Under the pieces are notes generated by a model. It was not told the origin of the DNA and did no database searches. It saw only the letters and a program-made list of their open reading frames with translations. A DNA stretch of 42,176 bases from NCBI GenBank assembly GCA_945890595.1, contig CAMDCQ010000001.1, positions 1-42,176 of the forward strand, in the 5' to 3' direction. Both the position numbers and the translations under genes were made by a program. Positions 28,806-38,801 of this stretch are shown in pieces; position 1 is the stretch's first letter, and the number at the start of each line of letters is the position of its first letter. The DNA comes from Chitinophaga pinensis. GTDB taxonomy: Bacteria > Bacteroidota > Bacteroidia > NS11-12g > UBA9320.

Positions 28806-30272
28806 TTATTTTTTGTCCCACCATACTTTGGTGTATATATTTCCCACTTGACCTGGAGCATTATTATTTCTAGAAATTTCAATCTCTGGCACCCATAATC
28901 TTCTTGGCGTTTGACCATTTGGCAAAACAGACGTATATGAAGTAGTACGCTCAAAGAATCCACCTGGAGTACCCTTAGCGTTAGCGCTTAATGGAGGATA
29001 GTTGGTTCTATTCATTTCAAAGAAAGCTTCAAGATTAGAGACATTGGCTAATGCAATCCACTTTTGATTCATGATTTGCCCTATTTCTGTTTCTATTGCT
29101 CCACCTGATACGTATTCGTAAAATCCTCCAGCTCCATATAAGTCACTAGCTCCTGAAAGACCATGCAACGCAAATGAACTCTCAATTCCTGCTTCGTATG
29201 CAGCCTGAGCACCTGCTCCGCCATTATATCTAACTTGTGCTTCTGCTACCAAGAAATCTTTCTCTGTAACTGTCATTAAATACACTGGTGTTAACGCATT
29301 GTATTTAGGAGTAGACAAATCTGTACCTTTTACCACGAGATTATCGTAATCTCCTTGGTCGTTACCTTTATGTCCACTGGCGCTTGGAGTGAATATAGCA
29401 CCTAGTCTAGGATCTGAGAAAGAATCTAGAACCCATAAAAGCGTTCTGCTTGCTCTTTGGTTCACACCTTTAAGAAATTGTACATCAACACCGTACATAG
29501 GGTTTTGTTTACCAGGCTCATTTGCAAACTGCGTCATCTCCGCATTTTCTGTAATGAAATTATCCTCTGTCAAAAGTGCTTGAACTGCCGCTGGATTTGC
29601 CATACTTGTGTATGACATACGCATATACATTTTTAATTTTAGTGTATTAGCAAAACGTACCCATTGGTCCATATCTCCACCATAAATGATATCTCTAGAC
29701 CCGGGATCTTTGCCCATATCTCCATCTTGATAACGAGCTACAGCCTCATCAATTCTTGCTAAAAGAATAGGATAAACATCAGCACCATTATCGAACTTAG
29801 GGTTAATTATCCCATCGCTTACGCCCTTAAACGCTTCCGTAAATGGAATATCATTATACAAATCAGCTAACATTTGCATTGCAAAAGATTGAGTAAGCGT
29901 TGCAATTAAGTAATACGCATTGTCTCCATCTGCAGATGATTTTGTTCTAATGATTTCTAAGTCATTTAAACCACCAGCATAAGCTTCGGTCCACTCACGG
30001 TTATAGAAATCAGTTGTTAAGTTATACGCATCTATTTTCTTGTACTGACTTGCAGTAGGACTTTGCGTATAGTATTGAGCCCAAAAGCCCCCTAGGTTGT
30101 GGAATGAGCCACCAAAAGTTGCCGCGACGCTAGCTTGAGCACCAGGCAAAATAAAATCAACCGAAACATCTTGAGGATTGTTTGGGTCGGTATTTACATC
30201 CAGATAGTCCTTGCATCCAAAGAAAGAAAATGCAAGCATACTTATTAATGTATATTTTAAAATATTATTCAT
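28806..30272 (-). CDS. SusD/RagB family outer-membrane lipoprotein
   Basis: Lipobox FFG-C then DYLDVNTDPNNP, DLYNDIPFTEA, WVRFANTLKLK, QKWIA, RTNYP, KVWWD. Confidence 0.95.
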   Translation of the reverse strand: MNNILKYTLISMLAFSFFGCKDYLDVNTDPNNPQDVSVDFILPGAQASVAATFGGSFHNLGGFWAQYYTQSPTASQYKKIDAYNLTTDFYNREWTEAYAGGLNDLEIIRTKSSADGDNAYYLIATLTQSFAMQMLADLYNDIPFTEAFKGVSDGIINPKFDNGADVYPILLARIDEAVARYQDGDMGKDPGSRDIIYGGDMDQWVRFANTLKLKMYMRMSYTSMANPAAVQALLTEDNFITENAEMTQFANEPGKQNPMYGVDVQFLKGVNQRASRTLLWVLDSFSDPRLGAIFTPSASGHKGNDQGDYDNLVVKGTDLSTPKYNALTPVYLMTVTEKDFLVAEAQVRYNGGAGAQAAYEAGIESSFALHGLSGASDLYGAGGFYEYVSGGAIETEIGQIMNQKWIALANVSNLEAFFEMNRTNYPPLSANAKGTPGGFFERTTSYTSVLPNGQTPRRLWVPEIEISRNNNAPGQVGNIYTKVWWDKK

Positions 30273-30284
30273 TTTTATTATCTA

Positions 30285-33200
30285 TTAAAAGTTAAACTTA
30301 AGTGAAAATCCGTAAGATCTAGTTGTTGGATTTGCCGCAAATTCACCGTATTCTGCTTGGTTACCATTACCAAAAGTAGTTACCTCTGGATCAATAAACT
30401 GATTTTCTGATGGAGTCCATATAAATAGATTTCTACCTATAAGGCTTATCGAAACACCTGCAAATGGCATTTTCTCTAACGATGATTTTGGAAGAGAATA
30501 GGTCAATGCCAACTCTCTAAGTTTAGTGAATGATTTATCAATAACATACTGTGCATCGCGTGCATCGCTAGTATGATATTCGTGTAAATCTGCTGGATCT
30601 ACAGGTGTAGTATTTTCTACATAGCTTTTAGATCCGTCTGCGTTTTCTACTTCTACTACTGAGTTTGGCACAACAAAAGGTTTTCTATCATTAAACGTAG
30701 TCGTAGCTGACTGTCCTGTCCAAGATAGTAAGCTTGCTGTGTGTGTATACATTAAACCACCTTTTCTAATATCAAATAAAACACCTAGACTAAATTGTTT
30801 GTAGCTAAAGTTATTCTTGATACCCATTATGTAATTTCTTTGAGAATTGCCATACGTAACTTTTTCAGCTCCTGTAATAGGAAGGCCTTGCGTATTTACA
30901 ACAATTGCTCCATCTGGAGAATATTGATAGGTAGAACCTTCATATACACCGATAGGCTGACCTAACATAGCATAGTATCCGATAGTACTTAATCCACCTA
31001 AGCTCACTCTGTCAACAGCGTCATCTAAATCTGTTACTTGGTTTCTATTTCGTGTAAAGTTTACAGAAGGAGTCCAGTTAAATCCATTCTCATTTTTAAT
31101 AACTCGGTAAGAGATTAATGCTTCTACACCTTTATTTTCAACAGTTGCCGCGTTAGCCCAATAGTACCCACTGCCGCTACCTGGTGAAACAGGCACTTGC
31201 AAAATTTGACCTTTAGTAACACGGTTGTAGTATGTAAGTTCAACATTCATTCTCGCATCTAATAGTTTTAAATCTGTACCTATTTCAATCTCAGTTGTAA
31301 TCTCTGGTCTCAAATCTGGATTTTTAATTAGATTTCCTGCTGTAAATGCGTTAGTACCACCTGCTAGTGGGAACGTCATATCTTGGAATGGAAGGCTTAT
31401 GCCTGTTTGCGTATAGATAGAATTAACTACATATATCGGTGCATCGTTACCTGTATTACCTAACCCTACTCTTAACTTACCAAAATCTAACCATGAAGGT
31501 TTACTTGATATTGCATCTGTAAACACAAAACTTAAGTTAGCTGCTGGATAGAAAATAGCATTGTTCTCTGCAGGAAGTGTTGAAGACCAATCATTTCTTG
31601 CACTTAAGTTTAAGAATAACATATTCTTATAGGCTGCTGAGGCAACTCCATAAACACCAAAAAGTCTTCTTAATTGATCATTTCTTTCAACAGTAGGAGT
31701 AGCTGGACTGTTAGAAAGGTTATAGAAACCTTCAATATCTAAAGCCGCAACGCTTGATGACAAACTAGATGAACCTCTTTCATTCAAGTTAGCACCTGCC
31801 ACTACGTCTACCGATAGTAAAGGATTAATTTCCTTATTCCATAGTAAGTTAAAATCGTGGTTATATTGTTTTCTGGCGATAGTTTGTTCCGTAACAGAAC
31901 CTAGGTTATTAACCGTTGAATTAGGACCCGTAGGTTGCAATATTGCTTCATACGTGCTAATGTCATTGTTTTCAATGTCATATCCAAAACGGTACACACC
32001 TTTTAGGTTTGTTGCTAAATCAACTTTAGTCTCTACACTACCAAAGAACTTAGTCGCATCATATTCATTACCATTTTCATATAAAGCCCAATATGGGTTT
32101 GTAGTCCCGTAAGGAGTAAAATAATCGTTGATACTATAAAATTTGTCGCGATAGTTTTGCATATCGATTACTGACATATTTCTAGGAATATCTAATATGT
32201 TTCGGTAGATATTATTTTCTTGTTGGCCTGACAACACAAATTGGCTATTGGTATTAGACATGTTTGCAGATGCAGACATCGACACTTTCCCAAAGTTTTG
32301 ACTTCCTCTGAAAGCCAATGTATTTCGGTCATAACGATCCTCATCGGTAGGGATAATACCATCTTGCTTTACATTGGAATACGACGCGTAAAAGCTACTT
32401 TTCTCACTGCCTCCGTTTATACCAACATGTGTTTTGTAGTTAGTGCCTCTTTCAAAAAAGTCTCTAACGTTATTTTCCAATGCAGAATATGGAGCAAGTA
32501 ACTGAGAGTTATCTACTTCACGACCGATTACGCGAGACTTCCCGTCAAAAGTAGGACCCCATGAACCATTTTCATCTAAAGCGTGAGTCGCACTCCAACC
32601 TTGTCCGTATGAGTTTTGAAAAGTAGGCAGTTTTAAAACGCTACTATACGTAGCATCAAAACCAAGGTCAATACCTATAGCTTTTTTACCATTTGCATTG
32701 GTAGAACCTTTTTTAGTAGTAATTAAAATTACACCATTTGCAGCACGAGATCCATAAAGCGCAGATGCAGAAGATCCCTTAAGAACTTGTACACTTTCAA
32801 TATCTTCAGGATTTACAGCATTTAAACCGTTACCAAAGTCAAAACCACCATTTAAAGAGGTATTATTCGTTGAACTGTTAGTCATCGGTACACCGTCAAT
32901 GATGATAAGCGGTTGATTGTCTTGAGAAATAGACTGAATACCTCTAATCACAATTCGAGTAGAAGCACCAGGATTACTTCCTGCTGAGTTAATATCAACA
33001 CCCGCCATTTTACCCTGCATTCCATTCAATACTGAACGATCACCTCCTTCGGTGATGTCCTTAGTAGTGACAGAAGACATTGCATAACCAATACTACGCG
33101 TGCTACGCTTAATATTTTGTGCAGACACAATAACTTCGTTAAGCGCATCTTCACCAGCTTCCATCTTCACGGTAACACTGTTCGAAGCACCAACAGTAAC

Positions 33201-33452
33201 CTCTTGATCTGCCATGCCGATAAAACTGACTTGGAGTACAGGCGCAGCTGTGGTTGTTTTGATACTGAAACGACCATCAGTGCCAGATATGGCACCATTA
33301 GACGTTCCTTTTTCCTTAATCACGGCCCCAGTAACAGGCTGTGATTTTGAATCCGTTACCATCCCGGTAACAGATCGCGTTTGAGCGTGTGCTACAACTG
33401 CAAAAAGCAGCAACGCACAAACCCCTAGAAATTTGATTAATTGTTTCTTCAT
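30285..33452 (-). CDS. SusC/RagA family TonB-dependent transporter
   Basis: Signal peptide from ATG 33452 (MKKQLIK…AHA), N-terminal extension, plug PLIIIDGVP…DIESVQVLKG…LYGSRAANGVILITTKKG, NPDLRPE, terminal Phe. Confidence 0.97.
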   Translation of the reverse strand: MKKQLIKFLGVCALLLFAVVAHAQTRSVTGMVTDSKSQPVTGAVIKEKGTSNGAISGTDGRFSIKTTTAAPVLQVSFIGMADQEVTVGASNSVTVKMEAGEDALNEVIVSAQNIKRSTRSIGYAMSSVTTKDITEGGDRSVLNGMQGKMAGVDINSAGSNPGASTRIVIRGIQSISQDNQPLIIIDGVPMTNSSTNNTSLNGGFDFGNGLNAVNPEDIESVQVLKGSSASALYGSRAANGVILITTKKGSTNANGKKAIGIDLGFDATYSSVLKLPTFQNSYGQGWSATHALDENGSWGPTFDGKSRVIGREVDNSQLLAPYSALENNVRDFFERGTNYKTHVGINGGSEKSSFYASYSNVKQDGIIPTDEDRYDRNTLAFRGSQNFGKVSMSASANMSNTNSQFVLSGQQENNIYRNILDIPRNMSVIDMQNYRDKFYSINDYFTPYGTTNPYWALYENGNEYDATKFFGSVETKVDLATNLKGVYRFGYDIENNDISTYEAILQPTGPNSTVNNLGSVTEQTIARKQYNHDFNLLWNKEINPLLSVDVVAGANLNERGSSSLSSSVAALDIEGFYNLSNSPATPTVERNDQLRRLFGVYGVASAAYKNMLFLNLSARNDWSSTLPAENNAIFYPAANLSFVFTDAISSKPSWLDFGKLRVGLGNTGNDAPIYVVNSIYTQTGISLPFQDMTFPLAGGTNAFTAGNLIKNPDLRPEITTEIEIGTDLKLLDARMNVELTYYNRVTKGQILQVPVSPGSGSGYYWANAATVENKGVEALISYRVIKNENGFNWTPSVNFTRNRNQVTDLDDAVDRVSLGGLSTIGYYAMLGQPIGVYEGSTYQYSPDGAIVVNTQGLPITGAEKVTYGNSQRNYIMGIKNNFSYKQFSLGVLFDIRKGGLMYTHTASLLSWTGQSATTTFNDRKPFVVPNSVVEVENADGSKSYVENTTPVDPADLHEYHTSDARDAQYVIDKSFTKLRELALTYSLPKSSLEKMPFAGVSISLIGRNLFIWTPSENQFIDPEVTTFGNGNQAEYGEFAANPTTRSYGFSLKFNF

Positions 33453-33664
33453 AAACTTAGCTTTTAGAAAAATAAAGACGCAATATATAATAACATTTTC
33501 ATAATATACAAGTAATTTAAAATTCATTAAACTGATACAATCAATAATAGGACTTGCCGAGCTAAAAAAAGTGTGATTGTATTAGATGGAACGGATATTT
33601 ACGTTTAATTGTTAAGAAGTGGAAAACAACACCACTTAATAGCGTAAACTTGTATCTTCGTCTT

Positions 33665-33672
33665 TATCTTTG
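33665..33672 (+). promoter_or_regulatory. -7 promoter element for DUF4290-murA-tlpA
   Basis: TATCTTTG, 10 nt before ATG 33683. Confidence 0.7.
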
Positions 33673-33682
33673 TCCGCAGTAA

Positions 33683-34321
33683 ATGGATTTAACATACAAC
33701 ACGCAACAAGAACAAATAAAGCTAACAGAGTACGGCCGGGGCGTGCAAGAAATGGTTGCACACCTTATGCTGGAGAAAGACCGCGATAAACGAAATGTGC
33801 TAGCCCATACCGTTTTCAGAGTAATGGTTAACCTTAATCCAGAACTAAAAAACCAAACAAACTACGAAAAGACTGTTTGGGACCACATGCACGAGATTGC
33901 CAACTATGAGCTCGATATAGATAATGACTTTCCTACCCCTCAGCCAGCTGCCAAAGCAGTAAAACCAGAACATCTTGGGTATAAAGACGTATTGAGTAAA
34001 TACAGATATTATGGTCGTAATCTCATTGATATGATTGACGGAGCTAAAGATATGGAAGAAGGAGACTTGAAAAAAATGTACATTAATTACATCGCTTCTT
34101 TCATGGTTAATTCATCCAAAGCTTGGAATGAAGAAGACCTAACCCCTACTCAAGTTATTCAACATTTGGCAGATCTTTCCAATGGCATGTTGCAAATAAG
34201 TGCAGACTCACTTGATATACACCTTGAAACTATTGTTAAAAAACCGTTGTATCCTAACAATAGAAACAAGAATAATAAAAATAAAAAGAAACCTTTCAAC
34301 CCTAAATACAAGAAAAGATAA
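33683..34321 (+). CDS. DUF4290 domain protein
   Basis: YNT…EYGRGVQEMV, VWDHM, YRYYGRN, basic Asn/Lys tail; abuts murA. Confidence 0.85.
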   Translation: MDLTYNTQQEQIKLTEYGRGVQEMVAHLMLEKDRDKRNVLAHTVFRVMVNLNPELKNQTNYEKTVWDHMHEIANYELDIDNDFPTPQPAAKAVKPEHLGYKDVLSKYRYYGRNLIDMIDGAKDMEEGDLKKMYINYIASFMVNSSKAWNEEDLTPTQVIQHLADLSNGMLQISADSLDIHLETIVKKPLYPNNRNKNNKNKKKPFNPKYKKR

Positions 34322-35626
34322 ATGGGAACTTTTACCATAGAAGGTGGCCACAAACTTAAAGGTACACTTACTCCTCAAGGAGCTAAAAATGAAGCATTAC
34401 AAATACTAGCCGCAGTATTATTAACTGCCGATGAAGTAGAACTGTACAATGTTCCTGAAATTAGAGATATACTCAGAATGATTGAGCTTCTCCAAGGTTT
34501 TGGTGTAAAAGTAGAGCACAAGGCAAAAGGAAATTGGGTATTTAAAGCCGACGAAATAGATTTGGATTATTTTCACACGGAAGAATTCAGAACAAAAGGA
34601 GCTGCTATACGAGGTTCTATAATGATCATTGGGCCTTTATTAGCTCGTTTTGGTATCGGTTACATCCCTAGCCCAGGTGGTGATAAAATAGGCAGAAGAA
34701 GGCTAGACACTCACTTTATAGGTTTTGAAAGCCTTGGTGCTGAATTTATCTATAACAAAGATACTGGTTTCTATAAAGTGGAAGGTAAAAATCTGCGTGG
34801 TAGCTATATGCTACTAGAAGAGGCTTCGGTAACGGGCACCGCCAATATTCTGATGGCCGCTGTAATGGCTAAAGGCACCACCACCATTTATAATGCTGCT
34901 TGCGAACCCTACTTACAACAATTATGTAAGATGATAAATTCTATGGGAGGCAAAATAGCTGGTGTAGGAAGTAACTTGTTGGTGATTGAAGGCGTCAACG
35001 AACTCGCAGGATGTACGCATACTATACTCCCAGACATGATTGAGATAGGTTCTTTTATTAGTTTGGCAGCATTAACTCAATCGGAAATAACCATTGAAAA
35101 ATGCAGAGTGGATCAGTTAGGCATAATCCCTAAAGTATTCAAAAAACTTGGCGTTCAATTCATTATCAAAGACGACGATATTATAATACCTGAAAATAAA
35201 CATTATGAAATAGATAGTTTTATTGACGGAAGCATGATGACTATCTCTGATGCAACGTGGCCTGGTTTGTCACCAGATTTACTCAGTGTAATACTTGTAA
35301 TGTGCACACAAGCCAAAGGGAACGTTCTCATACACCAAAAAATGTTTGAGAGTCGCTTATTTTTTGTAGATAATCTAATTGACATGGGAGCGCAAATAAT
35401 ATTATGTGACCCGCATAGAGCAACTGTAATGGGACTAGACAGGAGGATTCCCTTAAAAGCAACTACAATGTCTTCTCCAGATATTAGAGCTGGAGTTTCC
35501 TTACTTATCGCAGCAATGAGCGCAGAAGGTAAAAGTACTATTCACAATATTGAGCAAATAGACCGAGGTTATCAAGATATTGAAACCCGTTTAAACGCAA
35601 TTGGAGCAAGAATTACAAGATCTTAA
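34322..35626 (+). CDS. murA: UDP-N-acetylglucosamine 1-carboxyvinyltransferase
   Basis: GAKNEAL, PGGDKIGRRRLDTH, SVTGTAN, PDMIE, DIRAG, IDRGY. Confidence 0.97.
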   Translation: MGTFTIEGGHKLKGTLTPQGAKNEALQILAAVLLTADEVELYNVPEIRDILRMIELLQGFGVKVEHKAKGNWVFKADEIDLDYFHTEEFRTKGAAIRGSIMIIGPLLARFGIGYIPSPGGDKIGRRRLDTHFIGFESLGAEFIYNKDTGFYKVEGKNLRGSYMLLEEASVTGTANILMAAVMAKGTTTIYNAACEPYLQQLCKMINSMGGKIAGVGSNLLVIEGVNELAGCTHTILPDMIEIGSFISLAALTQSEITIEKCRVDQLGIIPKVFKKLGVQFIIKDDDIIIPENKHYEIDSFIDGSMMTISDATWPGLSPDLLSVILVMCTQAKGNVLIHQKMFESRLFFVDNLIDMGAQIILCDPHRATVMGLDRRIPLKATTMSSPDIRAGVSLLIAAMSAEGKSTIHNIEQIDRGYQDIETRLNAIGARITRS

Positions 35627-35628
35627 AA

Positions 35629-36153
35629 ATGAAAAACCTAAATGCTTTTGGTATTACTTTACTTTTGGTGATAATCACTGCATTTAAATCAAACGTTACC
35701 GTTATTCATCCCGCTATTGGAGAGAAAGCACCAGAGATTGAACTTAAAAACGGCGAAGGAAAAATAACCAAATTAAGCAGCTTGAAGGGCAAAGTAGTCC
35801 TCATTGATTTTTGGGCAAGTTGGTGCAACCCGTGCCGCATCGAAAATCAACATATACGTAAGGCTTATGCTCAATATAAAGACGCCAACTTTAAAATAGG
35901 GAAGGGATTTGAAGTGTACAGTATAAGCCTAGATTCCGACTCTTCCATTTGGCAAAAGGCTATCAAAAACGATAGAATGAATTGGGATGCCCACGTGTCC
36001 GATTTCAAAAAATGGGACAGTCCGATTGTAGAATTGTACAATTTTCGTTTTTTGCCACATAATTTACTCGTTGACTGCGCCGGAACCATTGTAGCTAAAA
36101 ACATAATGGGACACGATCTTGAAAAAACGCTTACCGCATACTTGGCAGAATAA
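35629..36153 (+). CDS. TlpA/ResA family thiol-disulfide oxidoreductase
   Basis: N-terminal hydrophobic segment, KGKVVLIDFWASWCNPCR, SISLD, cis-Pro LP. Confidence 0.92.
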   Translation: MKNLNAFGITLLLVIITAFKSNVTVIHPAIGEKAPEIELKNGEGKITKLSSLKGKVVLIDFWASWCNPCRIENQHIRKAYAQYKDANFKIGKGFEVYSISLDSDSSIWQKAIKNDRMNWDAHVSDFKKWDSPIVELYNFRFLPHNLLVDCAGTIVAKNIMGHDLEKTLTAYLAE

Positions 36154-36156
36154 TTG

Positions 36157-36196
36157 GTGTCAATATGACACAATAGGGCGTGGCAATACTTTTGCA
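36157..36196 (+). promoter_or_regulatory. grpE-dnaJ promoter region: palindrome plus overlapping sigma54-like and -7 motifs
   Basis: GTGTCA-ATA-TGACAC (36157-36171); TGGCAATACTTTTGCA (36181-36196) has GG-N10-GC and contains TACTTTTG (36187-36194). Confidence 0.6.
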
Positions 36197-36225
36197 AACT
36201 CGTACTGCGTATTAGCACATTTACA

Positions 36226-36765
36226 ATGATGTCAGAAGAGAACAAAGAGCAAGAAGAGATAGTAGAAAACTCTACTGAAGAAACAACACAAGCGTCTGAA
36301 AATGATAGTGTTGAAACCAAAGAGCCAACACCCGAGGAGAAAATTATTGAGCTTAATGATAAATATTTAAGACTTTATTCAGAGTTTGATAATTACCGAA
36401 AACGTACCTCAAAAGAACGTATTGAATTATTTAAAACTGCTGGACAGGATATTATGACAGACCTGGTTCCTATCATGGATGATTTTGAACGTGCCCTACA
36501 AAATATGGACAAAAAGGGAGATGTTAAAACGATTCGTCAAGGTGTCGATTTGGTCTTTAATAAATTTAAAAGTACCCTAGAATCTAAGGGACTCAAATCC
36601 TTCAAATCGATAGATCAAGATTTTGATCCAGAAATACATGAAGCCATTACCCGTATACCCGCACCCAATAAAAAACAAATTGGAAAGGTAGTGGATGAAG
36701 TTGAAAAAGGCTACATGCTGAATGAAAAAGTAATTAGATACGCTAAAGTAGTAGTGGGACAATAA
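36226..36765 (+). CDS. grpE: Nucleotide exchange factor GrpE
   Basis: [47 protein letters not shown]. Confidence 0.98.
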   Translation: MMSEENKEQEEIVENSTEETTQASENDSVETKEPTPEEKIIELNDKYLRLYSEFDNYRKRTSKERIELFKTAGQDIMTDLVPIMDDFERALQNMDKKGDVKTIRQGVDLVFNKFKSTLESKGLKSFKSIDQDFDPEIHEAITRIPAPNKKQIGKVVDEVEKGYMLNEKVIRYAKVVVGQ

Positions 36766-37889
36766 TGGCTAAAAGAGATTTTTACGACATACTAGGAGTA
36801 ACCAAAAGTGCGAGTGCTGAAGAAATAAAAAAGGCATATCGTAAAAAAGCAATTCAATTTCACCCAGACAAAAACCCGGGTGATAAAGCGGCCGAAGATA
36901 AATTCAAAGAAGCTGCCGAAGCTTATGAAATACTAAGTAACGCTGACAAAAAACAACGTTACGACCAATATGGACATGCTGGAGTAGACGGTCAAGGTGG
37001 CTTTGGCGGAGGAGGCATGAACATGGATGATATTTTTAGTCATTTTGGAGATGTTTTTGGTGGTCGTGGCGGCAGTCCATTTGAAAGCTTTTTTGGCGGT
37101 GGCGGAGGTGGAAGAAGCAGCGGCAGACAAGCTGTTGGTTCTAACATTCGTATAAAGTTAAAACTAAGTTTAGAAGACGTTACCAGTGGCGTAGAAAAGA
37201 AAATAAAGTACAAAAAGAAGGTTGTTGCCAAAGGTGTGACATTTGACAATTGCGCTACTTGTGGTGGTCGCGGTCAGGTAACTCGTGTTCAAAACACCTT
37301 CTTAGGTCAAATGCAGACCGCAAGCCCCTGCCCTACGTGTAGAGGGATGGGTAAAAAGATAAAAAATGTTCCTGCCGGCGCAGATGCAATGGGTTTAATA
37401 ACCGAAGAAGTTACCACATCTATTCAAATTCCTGCAGGAGTGGCAGACGGCATGCAACTCAATGTGCAAGGTCGTGGTAATGAAATGCCAGGAGGTGTAG
37501 CAGGCGACCTCATCGTATTGGTAGAAGAAGCAAAACACGAGAGTCTTGAGCGAGATGGAAATAATATTGTTTATAACCTCCATATTAGCTTCCCGCAAGC
37601 AGTTTTAGGTGCCGATGTAGAAGTACCAACCGTAAGTGGTAAAGCGCGTATTAAAATTGAACCAGGAACAGCAAGTGGAAAAGTACTCAGATTACGTGGC
37701 AAAGGAATACCTGACGTCAATGGTTATGCAACCGGCGATCAGCTTATTTACGTAGATGTTTTCACCCCTAAAAAACTAAGTAATGACGAAAAAGCCATGA
37801 TGAAACAGCTGCTTGAATCAGAGAATTTTATCCCTGACCCAAGCAAAGAGCGCGGCTTTTTTGACAAAATGAAGGATATCTTTAATTAG
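36765..37889 (+). CDS. dnaJ: Molecular chaperone DnaJ
   Basis: J domain with HPD, G/F-rich region, two CxxCxGxG repeats, C-terminal domain. Confidence 0.98.
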   Translation: MAKRDFYDILGVTKSASAEEIKKAYRKKAIQFHPDKNPGDKAAEDKFKEAAEAYEILSNADKKQRYDQYGHAGVDGQGGFGGGGMNMDDIFSHFGDVFGGRGGSPFESFFGGGGGGRSSGRQAVGSNIRIKLKLSLEDVTSGVEKKIKYKKKVVAKGVTFDNCATCGGRGQVTRVQNTFLGQMQTASPCPTCRGMGKKIKNVPAGADAMGLITEEVTTSIQIPAGVADGMQLNVQGRGNEMPGGVAGDLIVLVEEAKHESLERDGNNIVYNLHISFPQAVLGADVEVPTVSGKARIKIEPGTASGKVLRLRGKGIPDVNGYATGDQLIYVDVFTPKKLSNDEKAMMKQLLESENFIPDPSKERGFFDKMKDIFN

Positions 37890-37910
37890 AGTCTACTTTT
37901 AAATGCACCT

Positions 37911-37942
37911 AAAAATCACATTCACCAATGTGATTTTTTTTT
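37911..37942 (+). terminator. Intrinsic terminator after dnaJ
   Basis: AAAAATCACATT-CACC-AATGTGATTTTT followed by further Ts. Confidence 0.8.
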
Positions 37943-37972
37943 CCTGTTATTTAACGGAACTTTGCCGTATTC

Positions 37973-38779
37973 ATGCTTACTACAGAATCATCTAGCCGTC
38001 ACAACGATTTAGATCAAAAATCAACCTTGGAACTTCTTCAAGGGATGAATCAAGAAGACAAAACGGTTCCATTAGCCATTGAGCAAGAATTGGCTAGCAT
38101 ACAAGCATTGATAGACGCAGCGTATGTTAAAATGCTGAATGGCGGCAGATTATTTTATTTGGGCAGTGGCACAAGCGGCCGGCTAGGTATAGTAGATGCA
38201 AGTGAGTGCCCTCCAACATACGGAGTGCCTCAAGGACTCGTAATTGGCATTATTGCCGGAGGCGATCCTGCTATAAGACAAGCAGTAGAAAATGCGGAGG
38301 ACGATCCGCTCCAAGGCTGGTATGACTTACAAACCCATTCCATTAGTAAACGTGATTTTGTAATAGGTATAAGTGCCAGTGGCGGAGCTCCTTACGTGAC
38401 AGGAGCATTGGAGCAATGTGTGGCTAACAGCGTTTCTTGCGGCGCAATAGCGTGTAACACAGACAGCAAAATAGGCCAAATCGCAGATTATAAAATAGAA
38501 GCAGTTGTAGGCCCTGAATTTGTCACCGGAAGTACACGCATGAAAAGTGGTACTGCCCAAAAGCTAATACTAAACATGATAAGCACCAGCCTAATGATCA
38601 AGCTTGGTCACGTACAAGGCAACAGTATGGTCGATATGCAGCTGAGCAACAAGAAACTTGTACTGCGAGGTACTCGAATGATAATGGAGCAAACCGGGTT
38701 AGATGATTTTACTGCACAGGAGCTTCTCTTAAAACATGGAAGTGTAAGAAAAGCAGTAGAAGCCGCAGAAAATTGGTAG
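37973..38779 (+). CDS. murQ: N-acetylmuramic acid 6-phosphate etherase
   Basis: GSGTSGRLGIVDASECPPTYG, GISASG, GPEFVTGSTRMKSGTAQK, NSMVD. Confidence 0.96.
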   Translation: MLTTESSSRHNDLDQKSTLELLQGMNQEDKTVPLAIEQELASIQALIDAAYVKMLNGGRLFYLGSGTSGRLGIVDASECPPTYGVPQGLVIGIIAGGDPAIRQAVENAEDDPLQGWYDLQTHSISKRDFVIGISASGGAPYVTGALEQCVANSVSCGAIACNTDSKIGQIADYKIEAVVGPEFVTGSTRMKSGTAQKLILNMISTSLMIKLGHVQGNSMVDMQLSNKKLVLRGTRMIMEQTGLDDFTAQELLLKHGSVRKAVEAAENW

Positions 38780-38801
38780 CTTTCTTAGAATTGAGTTTGA
38801 T

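Noticed and set aside
33453..33527. Longer SusC N-terminus from ATG 33527
   Set aside because: AT-rich promoter-like region; the signal peptide starts cleanly at ATG 33452
36212..36238. TTAGCAC before grpE as a CIRCE element
   Set aside because: Only a partial left arm; no GAGTGCTAA right arm at 9-nt spacing
35871..36320. 149-aa minus-strand ORF spanning tlpA and grpE
   Set aside because: Antisense to two conserved genes; no motif
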